From Thermodesulfobacteriota bacterium (lineage in GTDB: Bacteria; Desulfobacterota_D; UBA1144; Nemesobacterales; JAJCZQ01): a DNA stretch of 64,000 nt. Shown here in pieces: positions 20,069 through 29,596 of this stretch (positions are counted from its first letter, which is position 1; every line of letters starts with the position of its first letter). Under the pieces are notes generated by a model, which had not been told where the DNA came from, searched no databases, and saw only the letters and a list, made by a program, of their open reading frames with translations. A program made the position numbers and the translations under genes. Location: contig OZ244044.1 in NCBI GenBank assembly GCA_965215275.1, positions 1,248,001 to 1,312,000 on the forward strand, read 5' to 3'.

Positions 20069-21072
20069 TTTATCTGATTCCATAGATCAACTACCACTCT
20101 TCCTACTTGACCGCCTTCTAATATCAAATTGATCTCCCTACTTAGGTTTTCAAGGGAAACCTCTTTGCAGATCTGATCAAGACAGCTGAGGCTCCACTCG
20201 CTGGATAATTTTTTCCATATTTGTACCCTTTTGTCCATAGGGCAGCTCGCGGAATCAATTCCGATCAGGCTTATTCCTCTTAATATAAAAGGGTAAACGT
20301 TCGTGTTAAGTTCATGGGAAGCAACGTTCCCGCATGTTGTTACAGTTCCTCTTTGTTTTGTGGATCTTAAGGCGGTTGCAAGTATGTTCCCACCCACTGT
20401 GTCAACTGCTCCGTCCCAGAGACCTTTAAGCAGCAGTTTGCCTGTCTGATCATCTGTGCTTTCCCTGCTGATGATTTCAGAAGCCCCTATGTTTTTGAGG
20501 AATTCTTTCTGTTTGGATTTTCCAGTGGAGGCAGTTACTTCATAATCAGCTCTGTTTAAAATAGCTACGGCCAGACTGCCAACACCTCCCGTTGCCCCGG
20601 TTACGAGGATCTTTCCCCGTTTGGGTTTTATTCCACTTTCCTGGATTTTAAGCACGGACTGAGCTGCAGTAAAACCCGCCGTTCCATACATCATTGATTT
20701 TTTTAAAGTCAGTCCGGCGGGCATCTTTACGACCCAGCTGCCGGGAACCCTGATATACTGTCCGAATCCGCCGGATGTATCCATTCCCATATCATAACCA
20801 TGCACTATTACTTCATCTCCGGCTTTAAAGCTGTCGACTTCCGAGTATTCGACGATCCCTGCGGCGTCAACTCCCGGAGTGTGAGGATAGTTCCTTGTAA
20901 CTCCTCTGTTGCCAATTGCTGAAAGAGCATCCTTATAGTTTAAAGATGAATACTTTACTTTTGTCAGCACTTCTCCATCGGGAAGGTCATCTAAGGTCCT
21001 TTCTGATATCTCTCTTGTGAATTTTTTCTTATTTTCACTGACGACCATTGCTTTAAAGCTCTTTGATCTCAT
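20065..21072 (-). CDS. YhdH/AcuI-family NADPH quinone oxidoreductase (acrylyl-CoA reductase-like)
   Basis: YSSLNYKDAL, GTAGFTAA, VTGATGGVGS, PFILRGISLIGIDS. Confidence 0.9.
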   Translation of the reverse strand: MRSKSFKAMVVSENKKKFTREISERTLDDLPDGEVLTKVKYSSLNYKDALSAIGNRGVTRNYPHTPGVDAAGIVEYSEVDSFKAGDEVIVHGYDMGMDTSGGFGQYIRVPGSWVVKMPAGLTLKKSMMYGTAGFTAAQSVLKIQESGIKPKRGKILVTGATGGVGSLAVAILNRADYEVTASTGKSKQKEFLKNIGASEIISRESTDDQTGKLLLKGLWDGAVDTVGGNILATALRSTKQRGTVTTCGNVASHELNTNVYPFILRGISLIGIDSASCPMDKRVQIWKKLSSEWSLSCLDQICKEVSLENLSREINLILEGGQVGRVVVDLWNQIK

Positions 21073-21187
21073 ATCTTGTACCTCTGTTCATCTGGTAATT
21101 TTCTGAACAACGTTGTTTAAAAGGGATATTACCGTTCCAGACAAAGTTATTCTTGTAAACCGTAAAACTCAAGTATAATACCCAGAT

Positions 21188-22345
21188 ATGAGCGTGCAAA
21201 CACAAATTAACGGAAAGAACAAGGTCCTTGGTGGTAGAGATAAGGTCAAAGTGGCAATTGCCCAGGTCTCTCCCGTGTTCATGGATAAGCAGAAAACCAT
21301 TGAGAAAGCATGCAGTTTTATTAAACAAGCCGGCGATAATGGTGCAGAATTAGTTGTTTTTCCGGAGGCTTATATACCGGGCTACCCGGCGTTTTATACC
21401 GTAGGTTATGAAACTGATCCGCATGACTGGACCGATTTCATGATTGCCTTGCAGAATAACTCGGTTTCCATTCCGAGCGAAGATACTGAGATCCTTGCCC
21501 AGGCATCAAAAGACGCAGGTACTTACGTCGTTATAGGATGCAACGAACTCAGTGACAGGGTGGGAAGTCAGACGGTTTATAACACTTTATTATATATAGA
21601 CAGGGACGGCAGTATCTTGGGAAAACACAGAAAATTGATGCCCACTTATACCGAGCGCGTTTATTGGGGCATGGGAGACGGAAGTGACCTTGAGGTCTAT
21701 CAGACGGATATTGGAAGGATCGGCGGTCTTATTTGCTGGGAAAACCACATGGTACTTGCCAGGTCGCACATAATTAATCAAGGGGAGGAATTCCATATTG
21801 CAGTTTGGCCTGGCAACTGGAAACGAGGAAGTGACAAATTACTGGATGCAGATACGGCAGAAAAGGAAAATAACTGTCTGGCGCAGTCGCTCATAAAAGT
21901 TCATGCCTTTGAGGCGGGTTCGTTCGTTTTAAGTGCCGCAGGATACTTAACCGGGGAAGATTTTCCTGAACGATGGAACCATGTGAGGGACAGCGACCAT
22001 GTAAATTTTGACTGGTCTTTGGGTGGCAGTGCCATAGTAAATCCCGGGGGCAGATATCTTTTTGAGCCACACTTTGAGAAAGATGCCGTTCTTTACGCCG
22101 AGTGTTATGCAAATCAGATAAAAGCTGTAAAAGCAATATTTGATTCTCTTGGACACTACTCAAGATGGGACGTAGCAAGGCTGGTTTTTAACAGCGACGG
22201 ATTGTCCCCTGAGCTGAGCAGCGATCATAAACGAAGTATCGATAAGCGAATCAATTCCCAGGAAGTGAAGAGGATATCGGATAGATACGAAATTGAACCT
22301 GCGAAGTTGTATGAGATACTTGAAGAGCTAAAAAGGCTGATCTAA
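21188..22345 (+). CDS. Nitrilase (carbon-nitrogen hydrolase)
   Basis: Glu-Lys-Cys triad in FPEAY, HRKLMPT, LICWENH; GHYSRWDV. Confidence 0.9.
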   Translation: MSVQTQINGKNKVLGGRDKVKVAIAQVSPVFMDKQKTIEKACSFIKQAGDNGAELVVFPEAYIPGYPAFYTVGYETDPHDWTDFMIALQNNSVSIPSEDTEILAQASKDAGTYVVIGCNELSDRVGSQTVYNTLLYIDRDGSILGKHRKLMPTYTERVYWGMGDGSDLEVYQTDIGRIGGLICWENHMVLARSHIINQGEEFHIAVWPGNWKRGSDKLLDADTAEKENNCLAQSLIKVHAFEAGSFVLSAAGYLTGEDFPERWNHVRDSDHVNFDWSLGGSAIVNPGGRYLFEPHFEKDAVLYAECYANQIKAVKAIFDSLGHYSRWDVARLVFNSDGLSPELSSDHKRSIDKRINSQEVKRISDRYEIEPAKLYEILEELKRLI

Positions 22346-22419
22346 CCCAAAAGATACAGTTCCTGTAGAGAAGTTCCTGTTCTCTAAGTGATTTTCGAAA
22401 GACGTTCCTTTAGTGTGAT

Positions 22420-22836
22420 TCAGCTTTTCATTTCCCTCTCGGGAATGAACTTGTAGGATATTACGTCCCTGCCATCTGGGGTTTTCTTCACCACTCCCGT
22501 GGTAACGAGCATCTTCTCTCCAAGTTGAAGATTGTCCATATCCTTTGTTTCTACCTGTGCCATTACTCTTACTTTTTCTGGAAAGTCCACAAGAGCAAGT
22601 GCATAAGGCACGGGAAATTCCGGCATACTTCTTCTGACGACCGTAAATGAATGTAACACGCCGGCAGGACTTAGCAGTTTTTCTTCAATGTCATCGGAGA
22701 AGCTAACCGGGTCCGCCAAGTATTTTGGAAAGGTGTAATTATCAGATTCCTTTGAATAACCTCCAATAAGTCTTACCCTGCCTTCTTCATCTGTAGTAAA
22801 CAGATCATCTCTAAAAATTTCCTGTTTTTCACTCAT
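22420..22836 (-). CDS. DUF35 OB-fold protein
   Basis: GVLHSFTVV...VPYALALVDFPEKVRVMAQ. Confidence 0.8.
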   Translation of the reverse strand: MSEKQEIFRDDLFTTDEEGRVRLIGGYSKESDNYTFPKYLADPVSFSDDIEEKLLSPAGVLHSFTVVRRSMPEFPVPYALALVDFPEKVRVMAQVETKDMDNLQLGEKMLVTTGVVKKTPDGRDVISYKFIPEREMKS

Positions 22837-22955
22837 AAAAAACTCCTCTTACTTTGTATAGAACCAATCATACCGCTTAAAGGCAAATATTATATTCATA
22901 GTCTGTCGGTTTGTAAAATTAGGGAATTATAGTAAATAGTTGACAAAAAGAAAAT

Positions 22956-22984
22956 TTGATAAACGGGTCAGAAAATGGTAGTAT
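22956..22984 (+). promoter_or_regulatory. sigma70 promoter for tnpB, probably producing a leaderless mRNA
   Basis: TTGATA-17bp-TAGTAT with extended -10 TG; ATG begins 7 nt after the -10 and there is no SD. Confidence 0.55.
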
Positions 22985-22990
22985 TATAGC

Positions 22991-24214
22991 ATGGTTAGAA
23001 CGATCACAAGAACTGTAAAGGCAGATAGTGGTTTTCATAAAAGGCTGGATGAATTCTTGCAACAGCTTACCGACCTGTATAACGGAGCTTTATATCACAG
23101 ATTAAGATCTTATGACTGGTATGAAAAAACTATCTCTAAATACGAACAGTTTAACGAACTAACTGAGGTCCGAGAACAAGACAAGGAATTTGAAAAGTTT
23201 AATGTTACAGCTCAAAGAAGCGTTCTGGAAAGACTGGATAATGCATATAGTCCTTATTTGAACTATTTAAAGAATAAAAAAGCAGGTAAGAAGGTCAGAA
23301 AGGTGGGCAGGCCAAAATACAAAGGTCCAAACAGACCTGTCAGGAGTTTTGAAACAAACAATTATAAAAACATTGAAAAGATCGGCAGGAGAACGTATTT
23401 AACGATAAAGGGAGTTGGCAGATTATCTTTCAAAGGTAGTGTGCCTGACGGAGTTGTTTTAAAACAACCTAAAACAACAATAAGGATAGTTAAAACAGCT
23501 ATAAGAATAAAAGTCCAGTTTCTATGTGAGTTTACCAGCGAAAAGAAAAGACCTATGGACAGGTCCATAGGGATCGACCTTGGAATTATAAACAGAATGG
23601 CTTTTTCAGATGGAACTAAAATACCAGGAGTTCAGTTGAACAGAAAGGAACTGAAAAGAAAGCAGAGAATTGTTTCAAGAGCGGTAAAAGGTTCTGACAG
23701 CAGAAAGAAGAAAGTTTTATCGTTAGCAAAGGAATGGGAACGAACTACCGATCGTGAAAATAACGCTATACACAGAATGACTACCGAAATAGTAAAAAAG
23801 AACAATCATATAAAGTTGGAGGATTTAAAGATCCAAAATATGGTAAAAAATCCTTATTTATCAAGAAGTGTAACGGAACAGCAATGGGGGAAGATTAAAA
23901 CCCAACTTGACTACAAAGCCGAGATAGCTGGAGGCAAGTTAGTTTTAGTTAATTCCCATTATACAACAATGACCTGTTCTGAATGCGGAAAGGTAAATCC
24001 AAAACTGCCTTTGTCTGAAAGAGTATTCAGCTGTATATATTGCGGTTATTCAGAAGACAGGGATATAAATGCAGGTAAGAATATCAATACTCTTAATGAA
24101 GGAGACTTCATATCGGGTGGGAATAAGGTAGAAATACTCCCGATGAGTGCTAAGAGTATCAGATCAAAAGAGAATGGGGATAGAGGAACTCTGCACTCAG
24201 AACAGTACGAGTAG
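22991..24214 (+). CDS. tnpB: RNA-guided endonuclease TnpB
   Basis: LYNGAL N-terminal motif, RuvC-I GIDLG, RuvC-II LEDLKI, Zn finger CSECG...CIYCG, RuvC-III DRDINAGKNI. Confidence 0.93.
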   Translation: MVRTITRTVKADSGFHKRLDEFLQQLTDLYNGALYHRLRSYDWYEKTISKYEQFNELTEVREQDKEFEKFNVTAQRSVLERLDNAYSPYLNYLKNKKAGKKVRKVGRPKYKGPNRPVRSFETNNYKNIEKIGRRTYLTIKGVGRLSFKGSVPDGVVLKQPKTTIRIVKTAIRIKVQFLCEFTSEKKRPMDRSIGIDLGIINRMAFSDGTKIPGVQLNRKELKRKQRIVSRAVKGSDSRKKKVLSLAKEWERTTDRENNAIHRMTTEIVKKNNHIKLEDLKIQNMVKNPYLSRSVTEQQWGKIKTQLDYKAEIAGGKLVLVNSHYTTMTCSECGKVNPKLPLSERVFSCIYCGYSEDRDINAGKNINTLNEGDFISGGNKVEILPMSAKSIRSKENGDRGTLHSEQYE

Positions 24215-24243
24215 TTGTTTGTCAACTATTTACTATAATTCCC
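24112..24243 (+). ncRNA. Putative omegaRNA (reRNA) scaffold overlapping the tnpB 3' end
   Basis: Stems ATCGGG/CCCGAT (24112-24144) and TGAGTGC/GCACTCA (24144-24199) lie where TnpB omegaRNAs are normally encoded; boundaries unknown. Confidence 0.45.
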
Positions 24244-24259
24244 TAGAATTTAACAGATA

Positions 24260-25060
24260 ATGAATAACAAGGTACCTTGTGCGTTGACGATTGCCGGGTC
24301 GGACTCATGCGGTGGTTCAGGTATTCAGGCCGACCTTAAAACGTTTGCTGCTCTGAAAGTTCATGGACAGTCGGTTATAACCTCTCTCACTGCCCAGAAC
24401 ACTCTTGGTATCCGTTCTGTGTATGATCTGCCAACTGATTTTATTGAGGATCAGCTTGATGCGGTTATGGATGATATAGGGTGTGATGCTGTAAAGATAG
24501 GTATGCTCTCAAATGTCGGTATAGTGAGGTCGGTTTCAAGGAAACTTGAGCAGTATAAAATAGACAAGACCGTTCTGGACCCTGTTATGATATCCACAAG
24601 CGGTAGTAAACTTCTGGAAGATAAGGCCATTTCAGAACTTATACGTATACTTCTGCCTAAATGTTGTTTGATCACTCCAAACGTTCCCGAGGCAGAGACG
24701 ATAACCGGAATGACAATTAACGATTTAACGAGCATGAAACAAGCGTCAGAGGCCATCAGAGATCTTGGATGTGGTTCCGTACTGCTGAAAGGGGGACACC
24801 TTGCCGGATCGGAGTTCTCCTCGGACGTTTTTTTTGATGGGAATAAATTCAGGGAATACAGAACAAAGAGAATTAAAACTAAAAACGTTCGCGGAACCGG
24901 CTGTACGGTCTCATCTGCAATCTGTGCTTACCTTGCTAAAGGTCATAAGTTAAGAGATTCAATAGATCATGCTAAAAACTATATTTTTCAGTCAATTAAT
25001 AATAGTTTTAGCATAGGCAAAGGAAGCTCTTTGTTGGATCATAACTGGGATACTGATTGA
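24260..25060 (+). CDS. thiD: Hydroxymethylpyrimidine/phosphomethylpyrimidine kinase
   Basis: LTIAGSDSCGGSGIQADLKT, VKIGML, LDPVM, TPNVPEAE, KGGH, GTGCT. Confidence 0.95.
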   Translation: MNNKVPCALTIAGSDSCGGSGIQADLKTFAALKVHGQSVITSLTAQNTLGIRSVYDLPTDFIEDQLDAVMDDIGCDAVKIGMLSNVGIVRSVSRKLEQYKIDKTVLDPVMISTSGSKLLEDKAISELIRILLPKCCLITPNVPEAETITGMTINDLTSMKQASEAIRDLGCGSVLLKGGHLAGSEFSSDVFFDGNKFREYRTKRIKTKNVRGTGCTVSSAICAYLAKGHKLRDSIDHAKNYIFQSINNSFSIGKGSSLLDHNWDTD

Positions 25061-25109
25061 AGTTGACAGCGATGATTACGGTAAATATTTTGAACGAATA
25101 AGGATATAT

Positions 25110-25811
25110 TTATTGGTCCGCATCAGCGTCCACGAGCAATTTACGTCCATTGATGGGTTGCACGGGGCGATTGTTATTATGGATAATAGACCTGAATACC
25201 TTGATCTGCGTTTCAGATATCTCAATAGGTGTCGTCAGAACGATCCATTTAACCCCTTCCGAACAAGGTGGAGTGGTTAACGACCCATCATATCTGTATG
25301 AAAACCTTGATATTGGCAACATATCGTCCACGTTGATCAACTCGTCCGGGACGTTCCGTGTTTCGCCGGCGTTAGTTGGTAAATTTAGCCAGACGGGATT
25401 AAAAGCCTCATTGTTCTGCCCTTTTCTGATCATAGCCCCTATAACGGCAATTGTCCCTTCTTTACTTTTGTGAACGAGGTGCATTTCCAAGTCAAACAGA
25501 CTTTCCGCCAGGGTGTGTTCGCTGGGTGAGTGAAAATGGAACTGTTGTAGCATGTATTTCGTATCTTCTATTTCAATCCAGCTCCCTTCATCATATTGAA
25601 CTTCGATCGTGAGACCGTTGTTAAGGATTTTCAAACTGGAAGGCCGGTAGTTGAAACCGATCTCTGGAAGTTTTACTCTGCTGGCATTTTCAATGTTGAT
25701 CGGGGACTGACTTTTACCCTCCGAACAAAGGAAATAGTCCGGGCTTAATTGTCCCCATACCTCTGGTCCATTATCCGTTCCGTATCCCCACTTAACTTTT
25801 CTTTTTTCCAT
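25110..25811 (-). CDS. Alpha-class carbonic anhydrase (no obvious signal peptide)
   Basis: QSPINI, QFHFHSPSEH, EMHLVH, GSLTTPPCSEGV, NNRPVQP. Confidence 0.93.
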   Translation of the reverse strand: MEKRKVKWGYGTDNGPEVWGQLSPDYFLCSEGKSQSPINIENASRVKLPEIGFNYRPSSLKILNNGLTIEVQYDEGSWIEIEDTKYMLQQFHFHSPSEHTLAESLFDLEMHLVHKSKEGTIAVIGAMIRKGQNNEAFNPVWLNLPTNAGETRNVPDELINVDDMLPISRFSYRYDGSLTTPPCSEGVKWIVLTTPIEISETQIKVFRSIIHNNNRPVQPINGRKLLVDADADQ

Positions 25812-25848
25812 TTTTATTTGTTGTTTAGCGTAACGTATATTTTTTTTG

Positions 25849-28602
25849 GGGAATTATATACTTAACTGTGCGAAAACAAAATATAACCTTTGTATATTTA
25901 TGCACTTGACATTCATTAATAATATAAAGTAAAATGAAAAAGGTCATGAACATGTTATTTAGAGTAATACCCCCCCCCATAAGTTATTAATTTCCTTTTT
26001 CTTTCTTCTGTGCTTTGCGTCCATTGGTGCATATGGTCAGACCAGTATTAAGAACTGTGACTCCAGTGCAGCGATCGAAGCTACATTGGAAGTGGGTCGA
26101 CCGGCTATCCGAAGAAATTTAAGTGATGCCGGTTTACATTATTTTCAGATAAATCCAAATGGAAATTTTATTGCAGATATAGAGGTAGAAGATATCACCT
26201 TCTCCAATGATCAGGAATACAGTTTACAGGTATGTGACAGCAATGATGATCTGATAGCAAGTACCACTGAAGTGCATCCGAGTGATGAAGAGTCAAGAAC
26301 GAATGCCACTATACAAACTCGTTTCAGCCCGGGAACGTACTATATAGTTGTGGGAAGCAGTGGACCTACACCCTACGGGGTTCGAGTTCTAGTAGCTGAT
26401 TCTCAAAACTTATTCGATGACTATGACTGTCCAGGTATTACTACCAATTTTCCAAATGATCCCTTATACGGGTGTCAGTGGTATCTGAAACGTCAAGCGG
26501 GTGAGCTTATATTAGGTGAAAAGACAATACCACTCCCTGAAGAAGATATAGACATAAAAATAGAAGAGGTCTGGGATGATAGTGTATTTGGAGCTGGGAT
26601 TAACGTGGCGGTGGTAGATCATGGTATGGACACAGATCATGAGGACCTTGCTGACAACATAGATACCACCCTTTCTCATGATTACTCCGGAAGCGGTGAT
26701 CTGTACAGTCCTTTCAGTGGTCGTGGTACACGTGTAGCAGGCATTATAGCAGCAGTGGGTGATAACAGCCTTGGAGTAAGAGGTGTAGCACCTGAGGCAA
26801 ACATCTACAGTTATAATTTAGCTGATAACTTCAGTGATGCTAACGCAAAGGACGCCATGGTCCGTAATAAGGATATAACGGCTGTATCGGTCAACAACTG
26901 GGGACCGAAGGACCTGCCGGTTCTTACAGAGGCTTCATCGGAGTGGGAAGAAGGAGTGAGAACTGGTATAAGAGAAGGTTTTGGTGGTAAAGGTGTATTT
27001 TACGTATGGGCGGCAGGGGACGGACATGAAGGATCAGACCAGGCTAATTTTAATGAGTATTCCAACTACTACGCAGTAACTACCGTATGTTCAATGGAAG
27101 CTGAAGGTAAGCCTGCTTTTCGTAATAGTTCCTTTTCAGAAGAGGGATACAATCTATGGGTATGTGCACCGGGTTCTTATATTGTAACGACGGACAATAA
27201 CGACAGTTATACTTTTGAGTTCCCTGGAACGTCAAATTCAGCTGCTGTTGTTTCAGGAGTAGCAGCACTGATGCGGGAGGTAAACAGTGATATTAGCTGG
27301 CGGGACCTGAAACTGATACTGGCAGGTTCAACCGACCAAGGAGCTCTTGACCGTGGGTGGAATAGAAGAGCACTTAAATACGGTTCTGATTCAGAGTATT
27401 ATTTTTACAATCCAAAGTTCGGTTTTGGTACAGTAGACACCGCAGCGGCAGTAGAACTTGCAGGGAACTGGACCAACGTTCCACCGCCAATGAGGCCCGT
27501 GACGGTTTCCTCGGGTAATATCGATACAGTTATACCAGACTTCACAACGGGAGGAAACGCGGAAGACGTTTCCGCTGTTTTCACACTGAACGTACCTGAT
27601 ATAGATATACCAGGTACTGAGGTCTTTACGGAATTTATAGAGATAGGTATCAATTTCACTCACCCTTTCTTTCCTTTTTTAAGTATAGAAATAACTTCCC
27701 CTGACGGTAGAGTGTCAAAACTCACTGAGGCATATCCAGCAGAAGCTTTATCACTTTTATTATCTGGCAGATCTCTTACTGTAGACGACTTTGACTATAC
27801 AGGCAGAGAGCATCGTTTTGGTTTAGCCAACCACCTGGGAACAGACCCTGCCGGAGAGTGGACCTTGAAGATAACCAACGCTTCAGTCGCAGGTGCGGGG
27901 ACTTTACACTCATGGAACATTAAGGTCTATGGTCATATGTCTGGGGATACACCTACGTTTAACAACTGGACGATACCAGATAAGAACTACGTGCCAGGAA
28001 CTGCAATAAAGGAAACACTGCCTGAGGCAACAGCAGGGAATGGAGAATTAACCTACAGCCTGTCCCCTATTTTACCTGCTACTGGTTTACCTGCTGGACT
28101 TACTTTCAGTTCAGCTGACAGAGTGCTTAGCGGAACACCAACTGCTGTATCTTCCGGCAGTTATACATATACGGTAACGGATGAAGATGGAGATACGGAC
28201 GAACTCATCTTTACCATCAGGGTAACGACTACGCCACCAGGACCGACAGACCCACCAACAACAGGACCACCGACACGAAGACCGACATCATCAGGTACAG
28301 GCGGAGGTGGAGGAGGATGTGCGGTCTCAGATCAGAACGAAGCTGCTTCTGATCTGCTCACAGCATTGGCATCTCTGATGCTTATACCTGTATCCGTTGT
28401 GATAAGAAGGAAGATAAGGTCTCGGATAAAGGTTTAGTAATGCAGTCCTTTCCAGGACGTTGAACAAACCGGGATCTTTCCATTATTTTGATCTTCAATG
28501 TCCTTATTACAAGGGTCTAACTACAAGGTTTTCCGCCCGATACGAATATGATCTTGTAAAAAACATTTTTATTCATTTGGCGTAGTTACCTATATAATTT
28601 CC
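25849..28602. mobile_element. Possible degenerate TIR-bounded cassette carrying the S8 gene
   Basis: GGGAATTATATACTTAACTGTGCGAAA (25849-25875) versus reverse complement of 28576-28602 GGAAATTATATAGGTAACTACGCCAAA, 21/27 identical. Confidence 0.4.
25934..28437 (+). CDS. Secreted subtilisin/kexin-like S8 protein with P-domain, Ig-like domain and C-terminal sorting tail; frameshifted at a C9 tract in the signal peptide
   Basis: VAVVDHG, GVAPEA, WAAGDG, GTS motifs; P-domain (GEWTLKI...GTLHSWNIKVYG); GGGGGGCAVS-TM-RRK tail. Signal peptide joins ORF 26086-28437 only if C9 (25970-25978) becomes C10. Confidence 0.85.
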
Positions 28603-28706
28603 TTTATTTTTATCATCGGTGATAGCGAAAATGCTGACTTTGGAAAAATCTAAGGTATTATATATAGAAATTCATCAAATATATTGAAAGTGCAGGTGTT
28701 CTTGTT

Positions 28707-29570
28707 ATGTCCAGTTTGATTGACGGTAAGAAAGTATCAGAAGATACAAGGGTGGAGATCGCAAAAGGTGTAAAAGAGCTTAAGAGTGCTTACGGAATCG
28801 TTCCGGGGCTTGCCGCCGTGCTCGTTGGGGACAATCCTGCTTCGGATATATACGTTCGTAATAAAAGGAAAGCATGTGAGAAAGTCGGTATTTATTCCGA
28901 AGAGCACAGACTGTCTCAGAAAACGACCGAGGAACAATTAATGCAGCTGGTTGAAAAGCTGAATCAGGATGACAGAATTCACGGGATATTAGTACAGCTT
29001 CCACTGCCTGACCAAATTAATGAGACAAATATCCTGAGAAAGGTTTCCCCGCTAAAAGATGTAGATGGTTTTCATCCTGATAACGTCGGAAGGTTGGTTG
29101 AAGGAAATCCAAGATTTGTTTCCTGTACGCCTTACGGAATTATTAAAATGCTGGATTACTATAATATTGAAATTAAAGGTAGTGACGCAGTTGTTGTGGG
29201 AAGAAGCAACATTGTTGGCAAGCCCGTGGGCATGCTGCTTCTGCACAGGCACGCTACCGTTACGACCTGTCATTCAAGAACTAAAAACCTGGGAGAGGTT
29301 ACAGCAAGAGCGGATATACTTGTGGCAGCGATAGGAAGGGCTGATTTTATTAAAGCTGATATGGTGAAAGAAGGAGCCGTGGTAATAGATGTTGGAATTA
29401 ACAGGAATGAGGATGGTAAACTGACGGGGGACGTGGATTTTAAAGGCGTTAAAGAAAAAGCTTCCTATATCACACCTGTACCTGGCGGAGTGGGTCCGAT
29501 GACCATAACAATGCTGCTGTGGAACACGCTTGCATCAGCTAAACTGGCGTGTGAAGGTGTATCCGACTGA
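28707..29570 (+). CDS. folD: Methylenetetrahydrofolate dehydrogenase/cyclohydrolase
   Basis: YVRNK, GILVQLPLP, KDVDGFHP, GRSNIVGKP, TPVPGGVGPMT. Confidence 0.97.
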   Translation: MSSLIDGKKVSEDTRVEIAKGVKELKSAYGIVPGLAAVLVGDNPASDIYVRNKRKACEKVGIYSEEHRLSQKTTEEQLMQLVEKLNQDDRIHGILVQLPLPDQINETNILRKVSPLKDVDGFHPDNVGRLVEGNPRFVSCTPYGIIKMLDYYNIEIKGSDAVVVGRSNIVGKPVGMLLLHRHATVTTCHSRTKNLGEVTARADILVAAIGRADFIKADMVKEGAVVIDVGINRNEDGKLTGDVDFKGVKEKASYITPVPGGVGPMTITMLLWNTLASAKLACEGVSD

Positions 29571-29596
29571 CGTTGTTGTAACCGTCTCTTATGTTT

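Larger units (their letters stand above)
22922..24243 (+). mobile_element. Non-autonomous TIR-bounded element carrying only tnpB
   Basis: Perfect 26-bp inverted repeats GGGAATTATAGTAAATAGTTGACAAA at 22922-22947 and 24218-24243 (28 bp with flanking TA); flanks TAAAATTA and TAGAATTT match at 6/8. Confidence 0.8.

Noticed and set aside
22956..22960. TTGAT as an IS605-type TAM or insertion site for tnpB
   Set aside because: Only 30 bp separate it from the ATG, with no left-end hairpin; better explained as the -35 box, though not fully excluded.
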